From positions 46,496 through 110,495 of the forward strand of contig CAZHNI010000002.1 in assembly GCA_964533715.1 (NCBI GenBank): DNA of 64,000 bases, read 5' to 3'. Positions 35,162 to 43,820 of the stretch are shown one piece after another. This DNA comes from an uncultured Gammaproteobacteria bacterium. GTDB lineage: Bacteria; Patescibacteriota; Patescibacteriia; Magasanikbacterales; GWA2-37-8. Both the position numbers and the translations under genes were made by a program. The notes beneath the pieces are model-generated. The model worked only from the letters and a program-made list of their open reading frames with translations. It had not been told where the DNA came from and ran no database searches. Positions within the stretch are counted from its first letter, which is position 1. Every line of letters begins with the position of its first letter.

Positions 35162-36190
35162 ATGCAAAATACCTACTTAATTATAGGGGGAGCCGGTTTT
35201 ATCGGCAGCAATGCCGCAGAATATTTTTTGAATCAAGGTCATCGTGTTATTATTTTTGATAATTTTTCTCGTTCCGGTTGCGTCGCAAACTCAGAGTGGC
35301 TTAAATCGTTGGCTTCAGGAGGGTCGCTGGAAATTGTAAAATGTGATGTCATCGATGTGAACCAAGAGGTCTTAAAAAATTTGGTGGAAAAAGCGGATTT
35401 TGTTTTGCATCTGGCCGCACAAGTTGCCGTTACCACTTCTGTTATTGATCCCAGAGCCGATTTTTTAACTAACGCTTTTGGAACCTTTAATGTGCTAGAA
35501 GCAGTTAGGTTATCCAAAAAACGTCCTGGCCTGATTTATGCCTCAACCAATAAAGTATATGGCGGTTTAGAGAATTTGGCGGTTATAGAAAACGATACGC
35601 GCTACGTATTCCGCGATGTGCCGTCTGTTTCCGAAACTCAACCGTTGGATTTTCACTCGCCATATGGCTGTAGTAAGGGCGCTGCCGACCAATATGTGCG
35701 GGATTATTCGCGCATTTTTGGTCTTAAAACTGCCGTCTGCCGTCAATCATGCATTTATGGCACGCGTCAGTTTGGGGTTGAAGATCAGGGGTGGGTAGCC
35801 TGGTTTATAATTGCTGTGCAGACCGGTAAAAAAATTACAGTTTATGGCAACGGTAAGCAGGTACGCGATTTGTTGTTTGTTACAGATCTGGTGCGTCTTT
35901 ATGATACCATCTGTAACAACTTTGATCGTGTGTCCGGCTCAATATTTAATGTCGGTGGGGGAGAGAACAACACGCTTTCACTTCTTGAATTTTTGGATAT
36001 TTTATCAAAAAAGATGGGGCGGCCTATTCAATACACCGCTGGCGATATTCGTCCCGGCGACCAGCCTATATATATTAGTGACAATAGCTTGGCTAAATCG
36101 AAATTGGATTGGGTTCCGAAAGTAGATGTTAATCATGGTATAGAAAAATTGTGGGTATGGGTAAAAAATAATCCGTCGCTTTTTGTGTAA
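35162..36190 (+). CDS. NAD-dependent nucleotide-sugar epimerase (CDP-paratose 2-epimerase / UDP-Glc 4-epimerase family)
   Basis: [15 protein letters not shown], a YGCSKGAADQYV active-site Tyr-xxx-Lys motif, and Rossmann fold. Confidence 0.75.
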   Translation: MQNTYLIIGGAGFIGSNAAEYFLNQGHRVIIFDNFSRSGCVANSEWLKSLASGGSLEIVKCDVIDVNQEVLKNLVEKADFVLHLAAQVAVTTSVIDPRADFLTNAFGTFNVLEAVRLSKKRPGLIYASTNKVYGGLENLAVIENDTRYVFRDVPSVSETQPLDFHSPYGCSKGAADQYVRDYSRIFGLKTAVCRQSCIYGTRQFGVEDQGWVAWFIIAVQTGKKITVYGNGKQVRDLLFVTDLVRLYDTICNNFDRVSGSIFNVGGGENNTLSLLEFLDILSKKMGRPIQYTAGDIRPGDQPIYISDNSLAKSKLDWVPKVDVNHGIEKLWVWVKNNPSLFV

Positions 36191-37529
36191 GATTATGATT
36201 AATTGGTTATATCAAAATAAAATTATACTCAGTATAGTGTTTTTGTCATTTATTTTTTCTCTGACCTATTCTTTCATCTATCGCATTCAACCGGTTGTGG
36301 ATGCCTATGCGTACGATCAAATTGCACTTAATATAGCGTCCGGGTACGGTTTCCGTGAAAATATTGACGTCGACATTCTAAACGATGTGTCTATCGTTCG
36401 GGCCGGCCCTGGATATGAATATATGTTGGCGGCCCTGTATCGATTATTTGGGCATTATTATGAAGCGGTTTGGATATTGCAGGCCATATTGCACGCTTTA
36501 TCGTCTGGTGTGCTCTATTTGGCTGCCAAACGTTTATTTAAAGGGAACGGTCACGTAATTGGGGTAGTTGCTGCACTTGTTTTTGGTTTTCATCCGGATC
36601 TAATAGAAATTTCTGCCATGTTGATGACGGAAACTCTGTATCTGTTTTTTACCACCATAATAATTTATGGGTTAGTTCGTTTTTTTGATGAGCCTAAAAA
36701 CCGTGTGTTGGCCGCGCTCCTCGGTGTCGCTCTCGCCGCCGGCGTACTTACTAGGCCCCCACTCATACTTCTGGTTCCGATAGTTTTATTTATAGCTTAT
36801 CGATTTCGCGCCTGGCATACCGGCATAATATTTATTTTAGCTCTCGGTTTGTCGCTACTGCCGTGGGTTGTTCGCAACTATCTCATTTATCATCAGCTAA
36901 TCCTCGCAACTCTTATCGGGGAATATAATTTGTGGGTTGGCAATACGCTTCTTTCTAATGGCGGCCAAATATCGGGCGGCTTTAATGCTGTTACAAATTA
37001 TACAGATGCGCATGGTTTTTTGAATTTGTCTAAAGTTGCCCATCATGAATTTTGGAATTTTATTTTTACCCACCCTGTGGTTTTTGTTAAGTTGTGTTTG
37101 TTTAGAGCTCTGCGTTATGTCAGTCTTATTCGCCCCATGGGTTTTTGGTTTTATCAAACTGGTTTGTCGCAGATGATTTTTGTGGGCAGTTCTCTTATTG
37201 GCATAGCGGTTTTATTTATTGGTGGTGTTACCGGCATGACTATTTTGCTTAAGGAAAAGCAGTTTCGCTACAACGTGCTTGTTGTTTCTGCGCTAACTGC
37301 ACCGCTTCTTCTCATACCGACGGTTGTTCAGTCGCGTTATCGTTTTCAAATTTATCCTTTTCTGGCCATATTTGCGGCCTATGCGTTCGTAAAAGCTAAG
37401 CAAACTCCTGTCTGGTGGAAAAGCCCCTGGTTCGTAGCACCCGGCGCTGCTTTAGCTGTGTTGTCTGCTATCGACATATTGCTGAGTTCTCCGGTTATTA
37501 TGCAGAGGATTTTTTCACTTCTCCAATAG
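36183..37529 (+). CDS. Polytopic membrane glycosyltransferase, GT39/ArnT-like
   Basis: About 12 TM helices. ATGA-type overlap with the upstream gene. Confidence 0.6.
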   Translation: MCKIMINWLYQNKIILSIVFLSFIFSLTYSFIYRIQPVVDAYAYDQIALNIASGYGFRENIDVDILNDVSIVRAGPGYEYMLAALYRLFGHYYEAVWILQAILHALSSGVLYLAAKRLFKGNGHVIGVVAALVFGFHPDLIEISAMLMTETLYLFFTTIIIYGLVRFFDEPKNRVLAALLGVALAAGVLTRPPLILLVPIVLFIAYRFRAWHTGIIFILALGLSLLPWVVRNYLIYHQLILATLIGEYNLWVGNTLLSNGGQISGGFNAVTNYTDAHGFLNLSKVAHHEFWNFIFTHPVVFVKLCLFRALRYVSLIRPMGFWFYQTGLSQMIFVGSSLIGIAVLFIGGVTGMTILLKEKQFRYNVLVVSALTAPLLLIPTVVQSRYRFQIYPFLAIFAAYAFVKAKQTPVWWKSPWFVAPGAALAVLSAIDILLSSPVIMQRIFSLLQ

Positions 37530-37537
37530 TTTTTATT

Positions 37538-38986
37538 GTGTCCTTAAAGATAATAAAACAATTTTCTAATCGAACCGCTATTGCTGGCGCTGCTATCGCT
37601 GTAGCGTTGTTGTTTTTCAGCACCTGGAATTTGGGGAATAGCCCGGCTACATGGTTTGATGAAGGTATTAACATGGGAATAGCCAAATCATTTTTGAATT
37701 CAAGTGTTTATAGTTTACCAATCGGTCCGGACGAATACGTTTCGGAAAGATTTCAATTGATCACTACCAATTTTCCCCTACTTATTCCAGTGTCATTCTC
37801 GCTCGCAATATTCGGCAATTCAATTGCAGTTGCGCGTCTGCCTATGGTTTTGTTCTTGTTTGTTTTTGTAGTTTTGGCGTACTTCTTCGTTAAGAAGGAG
37901 GCTTCGCAGTTTGCTGCTTTGTGGAGCGCCGCCCTTATCGTTGCGTTTTCCCCATTTTATGGAAATGGTAAGGCTGTCTTGGGGGAGGTCCCAGGGCTAG
38001 TGTTTTTTTTGGCGGCCCTGCTTTTTTTGCCAATTGAATTCAAACGAAGGAGACTGTTTTCAGCGGGATTATTTTTTGGCTTGGCGGCGACGACTAAGCC
38101 TTTTTTTCTCATCATCGGTTTGTCCCTTTTGTTTGGGGAATTGATTGCAAATTTTAATAAAAATAATATTAAATTGTTGCTTACCAGACTAGTTTACTTG
38201 GGTATAGGTGCGTTTTTACCGCTCACAATTTGGATTTTTACAATCATGCCGGAAATATCTTTGTCGGGTTTACAAAACACTTTTTCGTTTTATTCAAACT
38301 CATATGCAGCGCAAAGTTTTTTTCCGTTGATATTTAAGAATGCAGTTCGATTTTTTTCCGAAACCACCCCTCTTCACATGACACTGCTTGTCGTTATTTC
38401 TTTGTATGCGTGGTATAAAAGTTGTCGCAGTGGCGAAAAATCGAGTGAACGTAAGCGAATTGTTTGGATTTTTATTATCATTAATATTTTGTGGTATTTA
38501 AAAACCCCCGGCTGGTATCGTTATTTTTTTACCGCCCACATACTGGCGTTCTTATGGTTTCCCGCTGCTTTAGAAAAGATTTTTTCAAAGCGCTTGGCAA
38601 CCGTCATGCTTAGCGTTCTCCTGGTAGTCCAGCTTGGGTATCTGCTACAAAGGAGAAATGACCCTTTATATTTTTCGGTTGAGTCGGACACCGCTTCTGC
38701 CAAGATTAATAGTTTAGCCAGACGCGACGACTCCGTATTGTTTGTAAACGCCCCCAGCTTGGCGTTTGTTAACAAGGATCACAAGGTTTATCAGTTTCTG
38801 CAAATTAATCCACAGCTTTTTTTTGGAAACAAACGACTTAATGATGAAATGGGGGAGCCCTACCGCTGGTTAGTTGTTAACGGAGATATCGGTGCGACCG
38901 CCCTTGCGAGTGAGACACAAGTTTTAAAACAGCAGTACAGCAGGGTCGCCGAAGAAGGCCATTTTGTTTTTTACAAGCACTTATGA
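37538..38986 (+). CDS. Polytopic membrane glycosyltransferase, GT39/ArnT-like (tandem paralog). The start is uncertain: GTG at 37538 or ATG at 37415, the latter overlapping the upstream gene by 115 nt.
   Basis: TM1 (AIAGAAIAVALLFFSTW) begins only after the upstream stop, and the ORF is in a different frame from 36183-37529. Confidence 0.5.
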   Translation: MSLKIIKQFSNRTAIAGAAIAVALLFFSTWNLGNSPATWFDEGINMGIAKSFLNSSVYSLPIGPDEYVSERFQLITTNFPLLIPVSFSLAIFGNSIAVARLPMVLFLFVFVVLAYFFVKKEASQFAALWSAALIVAFSPFYGNGKAVLGEVPGLVFFLAALLFLPIEFKRRRLFSAGLFFGLAATTKPFFLIIGLSLLFGELIANFNKNNIKLLLTRLVYLGIGAFLPLTIWIFTIMPEISLSGLQNTFSFYSNSYAAQSFFPLIFKNAVRFFSETTPLHMTLLVVISLYAWYKSCRSGEKSSERKRIVWIFIIINILWYLKTPGWYRYFFTAHILAFLWFPAALEKIFSKRLATVMLSVLLVVQLGYLLQRRNDPLYFSVESDTASAKINSLARRDDSVLFVNAPSLAFVNKDHKVYQFLQINPQLFFGNKRLNDEMGEPYRWLVVNGDIGATALASETQVLKQQYSRVAEEGHFVFYKHL

Positions 38987-39711
38987 ATCCAGTTTTAACC
39001 TTGATCGTGCCGGTATATAATGGAGAGGATTTTTTGGCCGCTACGCTGGCGAATTTAATAAAATGGCGTAATGGCCGGTCTGAAATAGAGATTATTATCG
39101 TTAATGATGGTAGTACTGATGCGACCGAAAGCATTATTAAAGAGGCACAAAAACAATCTGACCTACGCAGTATTTTATTAGCACACAACAAAGGTAAGGG
39201 GGCGGCGCTACGTGCCGGGCTTGCTTCTGCAAAGGGGAGCGTGGTCGCCTTTACTGACGCAGATCTGCCGTACGGGCTAGAAAGTATAGATGCGATGTGT
39301 GAAAGAATTCGCACGGCCCCCGCACTCCAGCTTTTATACGGTTCGCGTAGCCACCACAAATCAGTGGTCAGAAAAGACTACGGAATACTGAGAAAATTTG
39401 GCAGGTTATTTTTTTCACTCGCCGTTAGAATATTGGCTATACCGGGAGTTCCCGATACGCAATGCGGAATTAAGATGCTCCGCAGAGAATTGGTAAATGC
39501 CGCAGTTAAGCTCGCTCGTTTAGATAGGTTTGCTTTTGATATCGAATTGTTTACTATTGCTCGCCAAAACGGTATGATAATGGAGCCTTTTCCAGTTGAG
39601 TTGAATCATCGACGGGAGAGTAGCGTCCGGGTTGTGGTAGATACTCTAAAAATGCTTTTTGATATTCTTAGAATCCGTTTGCGATCAATTCGTGGTTTTT
39701 ATCGTCCTTAA
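38983..39711 (+). CDS. GT2 glycosyltransferase (polyprenyl-phosphate glucosyl/mannosyltransferase-like)
   Basis: Motifs LIVPVYNGE, IIIVNDGSTDAT, NKGKGAALRAG and TDADLPYG. Confidence 0.8.
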   Translation: MNPVLTLIVPVYNGEDFLAATLANLIKWRNGRSEIEIIIVNDGSTDATESIIKEAQKQSDLRSILLAHNKGKGAALRAGLASAKGSVVAFTDADLPYGLESIDAMCERIRTAPALQLLYGSRSHHKSVVRKDYGILRKFGRLFFSLAVRILAIPGVPDTQCGIKMLRRELVNAAVKLARLDRFAFDIELFTIARQNGMIMEPFPVELNHRRESSVRVVVDTLKMLFDILRIRLRSIRGFYRP

Positions 39712-39718
39712 TTTCATT

Positions 39719-41590
39719 ATGTGTGGCATTAATGGTTTTAGTTTTAAAAATGATGACTGCCTCAAACGAATGAACGAGGTAACGAAACACCGTGGGCCAG
39801 ACCAGACGGCTCTATTTAGCGATGCACACATTTCGCTTGGTTTTAATCGCTTGTCAATTATTGATTTATCAGAGCGCGGTAATCAGCCCATGTGGGACGA
39901 ACGCGAAGAACTCGTTATTGTTTTTAATGGAGAAATTTATAACTTTAAAGAACTCCGCTCCGTTCTTGAAAAAAAATATGCGTTTCGTTCGCAGAGTGAT
40001 ACCGAAGTAATTCTGTATGCCTATCGTGAGTGGGGGATAGAGTGTATTAAAAAATTAAATGGCATGTTTGCCTTGGCAATTTGGGATACTCGAACGAGTG
40101 AATTATTTTTGGCGCGTGACCCCATGGGTGTTAAACCGCTGTATTATTATTTTGATGGAGAACGATTAATTTTTTCTTCGGAAATAAAGGCCGTTTTGGA
40201 ACATAATATACCACGCAGTGTGGATGTTGACGCTTTTAATTTTTATTGCCGTATTCTTTACGTTCCGGAACCACTAACCATGTTTGAGGATATTAAAAAA
40301 TTGCCTGCCGCACACTACGCACATTTTAAAAATAACAAACTCACCATTACGCGCTATTGGCAGATTGATAATTTTACCGACTTCACATCGTATAATAATA
40401 CTCGTGAGCAAGTTCGTAATTTATTTGACGATTCAGTTCGCCGACAATTAGTCTCAGATCGCCCAGTGGGTGTATTTTTAAGCGGAGGCATTGATTCAAC
40501 GGCGGTACTTGGTGCTGTAAAAAAATATACAACTGGCCTAGTTAGCACATTTTCTGTTGGTTTCGCGACCAAAAAAGTCGATGAGAATAAGTTTAACGCC
40601 GATTTTTTATTAGCACGAAAATCAGCTCAATTTTTTAATTCCAACCACCATGAGCTCGTGATTAGCGCGCGCGACATTGGTGATAACTTAGAAAAAATTG
40701 TCTGGCATTTGGACGAACCAAATTTTAACGCTACAGCCGGAGCAGTTTATTTGCTGTCGCAGGAAGCCAAAAAAAAGGTAACAGTAGTTTTAGGAGGTGA
40801 CGGCGGTGACGAGTTGTTTGGTGGGTATCCGCGCTATTATTACAGTCGTTTGCTTAGTTATTATTGGCGTTTACCAAGGGCCGCGCGAACATTAATTGAA
40901 ACAGCTCTACAGCGAATTCAGCAGGGAGATCTTGCCACAAAAATACATATGGGCTCAAAGGAGAGTCGGATACTCCGATTTTTGTCACAAAAAAATGATA
41001 CAGTTGCAGATATTATGAATCCGTCGCAACTGCGCCCAAACGTTGTCAATGGATATTTTGCGCATAGATTTTTTAGTAATTCAGAACAACAAGACGATTT
41101 TGAAAAAAAATTCATGAATATCGATCGACAAAGTTGGCTTGTGGATGAATCGCTCACGCGAACAGACAGAATGACGATGGCGTTTGGCATTGAAGAGCGC
41201 GTGCCTATTTTAGATATTCCGCTTGCAACCTTAGCGTATCGTATTCCGACAAAGTGGAAATTTTCTGTTTGGCAGAAAGGGAGTACATTTCAAGGGAAGA
41301 AAATTTGGATAGACGCGGTAAAAGATTATTTACCAGCCCATGTTTTGCACCAAGAGAAACGCGGTTGGTTTACCCCAATGGCCAAATGGATTAGAGAAGA
41401 TTTGCTCGACCAGGTAGCCGATATTATTAGCCCGCATAATATTCAAAAAGAATTTTTCAATCCCCAAGCGGTACAACGGATTTGGCGCGATCACCTCAGT
41501 GGTAAAAAATACAACTTGAACATTATTTGGGCAATTGTGATGTGGCAACTGTGGTATAATGCTTTTATTAAAAAATATGAATCTCGTTAA
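39719..41590 (+). CDS. asnB: Asparagine synthetase (glutamine-hydrolysing) family amidotransferase, copy 1
   Basis: Starts MCGINGF (class-II GATase with N-terminal Cys). PP-loop SGGIDS. The real start is the ATG at 39719. Confidence 0.85.
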   Translation: MCGINGFSFKNDDCLKRMNEVTKHRGPDQTALFSDAHISLGFNRLSIIDLSERGNQPMWDEREELVIVFNGEIYNFKELRSVLEKKYAFRSQSDTEVILYAYREWGIECIKKLNGMFALAIWDTRTSELFLARDPMGVKPLYYYFDGERLIFSSEIKAVLEHNIPRSVDVDAFNFYCRILYVPEPLTMFEDIKKLPAAHYAHFKNNKLTITRYWQIDNFTDFTSYNNTREQVRNLFDDSVRRQLVSDRPVGVFLSGGIDSTAVLGAVKKYTTGLVSTFSVGFATKKVDENKFNADFLLARKSAQFFNSNHHELVISARDIGDNLEKIVWHLDEPNFNATAGAVYLLSQEAKKKVTVVLGGDGGDELFGGYPRYYYSRLLSYYWRLPRAARTLIETALQRIQQGDLATKIHMGSKESRILRFLSQKNDTVADIMNPSQLRPNVVNGYFAHRFFSNSEQQDDFEKKFMNIDRQSWLVDESLTRTDRMTMAFGIEERVPILDIPLATLAYRIPTKWKFSVWQKGSTFQGKKIWIDAVKDYLPAHVLHQEKRGWFTPMAKWIREDLLDQVADIISPHNIQKEFFNPQAVQRIWRDHLSGKKYNLNIIWAIVMWQLWYNAFIKKYESR

Positions 41591-42239
41591 ATATTTAAAA
41601 GAAATGTGGCGCGGTAAAGACATTTACCGTATTCTTATGAACGCGGAATGTTCGGAACATTCATTATCTGGTGTCACCTTAGATGTAGGAAGTGGAGAAA
41701 ACATGGCCAGTTATCACCGATTTTTAAAAAGAAAACCGGATGTAGAAGTTATGTCTTTAGATTTGCATTTTGTTTCGGATGGAAATGAGAAACAGTTTAT
41801 TGATTTAGAGAAAGACGCATTGCCAAAAAATGATTCTAGCGTTGACACCGTACTTTTATTCAATTTTTTGGAACATATATATAACTATTCTCATGTCTTT
41901 AATGAAATTAAGCGGGTTTTAAAACCGAACGGCACATTAATTGGAGCAGTGCCATTTTTAGTGGCGTACCATCCCGACCCGCACGATTACTGGCGGTATA
42001 CAAAAGAGACGTTGGAAAAGATTTTTACTTCTGCTGGATTTATGCATGCGAGCATTAAGTCGTTTGGTTGTGGTCCGGCCACAGCCGCTTTCTCGCAGTT
42101 TGAAGTCGTGTGCCCGCGGATTTTAAAAATGTTTTTATTCCCAATTGTTTTTTTATTAGATTCAATTATAGTTCGTTTGCGCCCACAATTTGGTAAAGAG
42201 AAGTTTTCGCTTGGCTTATTTTTTGAGGTTTCTCCGTAA
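41577..42239 (+). CDS. Class I SAM-dependent methyltransferase
   Basis: Motifs LDVGSGEN, DTVLLFNFLEHIYN and LKPNGTLIGAVPF. Overlaps the asnB end; the listed start at 41559 is also possible. Confidence 0.65.
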   Translation: MNLVKYLKEMWRGKDIYRILMNAECSEHSLSGVTLDVGSGENMASYHRFLKRKPDVEVMSLDLHFVSDGNEKQFIDLEKDALPKNDSSVDTVLLFNFLEHIYNYSHVFNEIKRVLKPNGTLIGAVPFLVAYHPDPHDYWRYTKETLEKIFTSAGFMHASIKSFGCGPATAAFSQFEVVCPRILKMFLFPIVFLLDSIIVRLRPQFGKEKFSLGLFFEVSP

Positions 42240-42242
42240 CAT

Positions 42243-43370
42243 ATGCAGAAAATATATTACATTGCCAATATTCGTCTGCCGACCGAAAAAGCGCATGGTT
42301 TGCAAATAATGAAGACATGCGAAGCCATGGCTAGGCAAGGAGTTGAGGTTGAATTGATTGTTCCAAAACGTTTTAATCATATTACGGAGGATCCATTTGT
42401 GTTTTATGGTGTGAAAAAAAATTTTACAATTACCAAATTATGGTGTTTGGATTTAATTTCTCTAAATTTTTTTGGCTCAGTAGGGTTCTGGGTTGAAAGT
42501 TGGACATTTTATCGGAGTGTGCGAAAATATCTCAAGCAACAACAATCTGGTGTTTATTATACGCGCGATTTACCAATTGCAAATTGGCTTTCAAAAAGTT
42601 TTGGTCCATTGTTTTATGAAATTCACACCTTGCCCGATGTTATTTCGTCGCGCTACAGGTCGGCATGGCAGCGGGCCAAAGGCTTAGTGGTAATTAGTAA
42701 TGGGCTAAAAAGTGCCTTGCTTAAACAGGGGATAGTAGAAAGTAAAATACTTGTGGCGCGTGATGCAGTAGATATTGAACAGTTTTCCATTGCTCTTTCA
42801 CAAATTGAATGCCGACGAAAACTTGAATTACCTCAAGACAAAAAAATTGTTCTTTATTCCGGACACTTGTATTCGTGGAAAGGGGTATATAATGTTTTGG
42901 CGGTAGCTAAGTTATTGCCAGAGGTTTTATTTATTTTTGTTGGTGGAACGACTGAAGATTTATTATCATTCCGGCAGAGAGCTAAGACTGAAGGAACTAC
43001 CAATGTTCTTATTTTTGGTTACAAAAAGCATGAAGAGATTCCCCCTTTTCTTAAAGCGGCAGATGTGTTATTATTGCCGAATAGTGCAATGGAAAAAATT
43101 TCAGAGTATTACACCTCTCCTTTAAAACTATTTGAGTATATGGCTTCAGGAGTACCGATCGTGGCCTCTGACATCCCTTCAATTCGAGAAGTTTTATCGG
43201 AGAAGAACGCCTTTTTTTTCCCGACTGACAATTTAAATAAGTTTGTTGATACAATTAATTTTGTCTTGAATAACCCGGCTTTTTCTGGCAAGATTGCCGC
43301 ACAGGCCCATGAAGATTCCAAGCGGTTTAGTTGGGCTAACCGAACTAAGGCTATTATTAATTTTTTATAA
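42243..43370 (+). CDS. Glycosyltransferase, GT4 family
   Basis: C-terminal domain with SEYYTSPLKLFEYMASGVPIVASDIPSIREVL. Confidence 0.75.
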   Translation: MQKIYYIANIRLPTEKAHGLQIMKTCEAMARQGVEVELIVPKRFNHITEDPFVFYGVKKNFTITKLWCLDLISLNFFGSVGFWVESWTFYRSVRKYLKQQQSGVYYTRDLPIANWLSKSFGPLFYEIHTLPDVISSRYRSAWQRAKGLVVISNGLKSALLKQGIVESKILVARDAVDIEQFSIALSQIECRRKLELPQDKKIVLYSGHLYSWKGVYNVLAVAKLLPEVLFIFVGGTTEDLLSFRQRAKTEGTTNVLIFGYKKHEEIPPFLKAADVLLLPNSAMEKISEYYTSPLKLFEYMASGVPIVASDIPSIREVLSEKNAFFFPTDNLNKFVDTINFVLNNPAFSGKIAAQAHEDSKRFSWANRTKAIINFL

Positions 43371-43406
43371 TATATTTTTAGAAAAAGTGTATCATCCTTT
43401 TTTATT

Positions 43407-43808
43407 ATGGAATATTATAATAAATTAGGGTTTATTAAACAGTTCGCACGCTTTGTGTTGTCTGGCGGGTTAGCTGGTTTTTTAGGGATATTCACAATTT
43501 ATATTTTGGTTGATCTGCTTCATTTATGGTATTTGGTTTCAAGTATAGCAGCATTTTTTGTTACTTTTGTGGCTGCATTTTTTTTACAAAAGTTTTGGAC
43601 CTTTAAAAATTATGCTTTGTTTTTGTTGCCTAAGCAGGCGACTTTCAGTTTTGGGATTGCGGTGTTGAATTTTTTCCTTAACACTTTTTTGATGTATGGT
43701 TTGGTCGATAGGTTAAGCTTAAACTATCTTTTTTCACAATTTCTTACATATATTTTTTTTGGTGTAGTTGATTTTTATATTTATAAGTTTGTTATTTTCA
43801 AAAGTTAA
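43407..43808 (+). CDS. GtrA-family membrane protein
   Basis: 133 aa, 4 TM helices, FARFVLSGGLAGFLGIFTIYILVDLL and a KFWTFKN motif. Confidence 0.7.
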   Translation: MEYYNKLGFIKQFARFVLSGGLAGFLGIFTIYILVDLLHLWYLVSSIAAFFVTFVAAFFLQKFWTFKNYALFLLPKQATFSFGIAVLNFFLNTFLMYGLVDRLSLNYLFSQFLTYIFFGVVDFYIYKFVIFKS

Positions 43809-43820
43809 TTAAGAATATGT

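Noticed and set aside
39659-39718. 5' extension of asnB
   Set aside because: AsnB-family enzymes start with Met-Cys (the N-terminal nucleophile). The MCGINGF at 39719 fits. The extension overlaps the GT2 gene.
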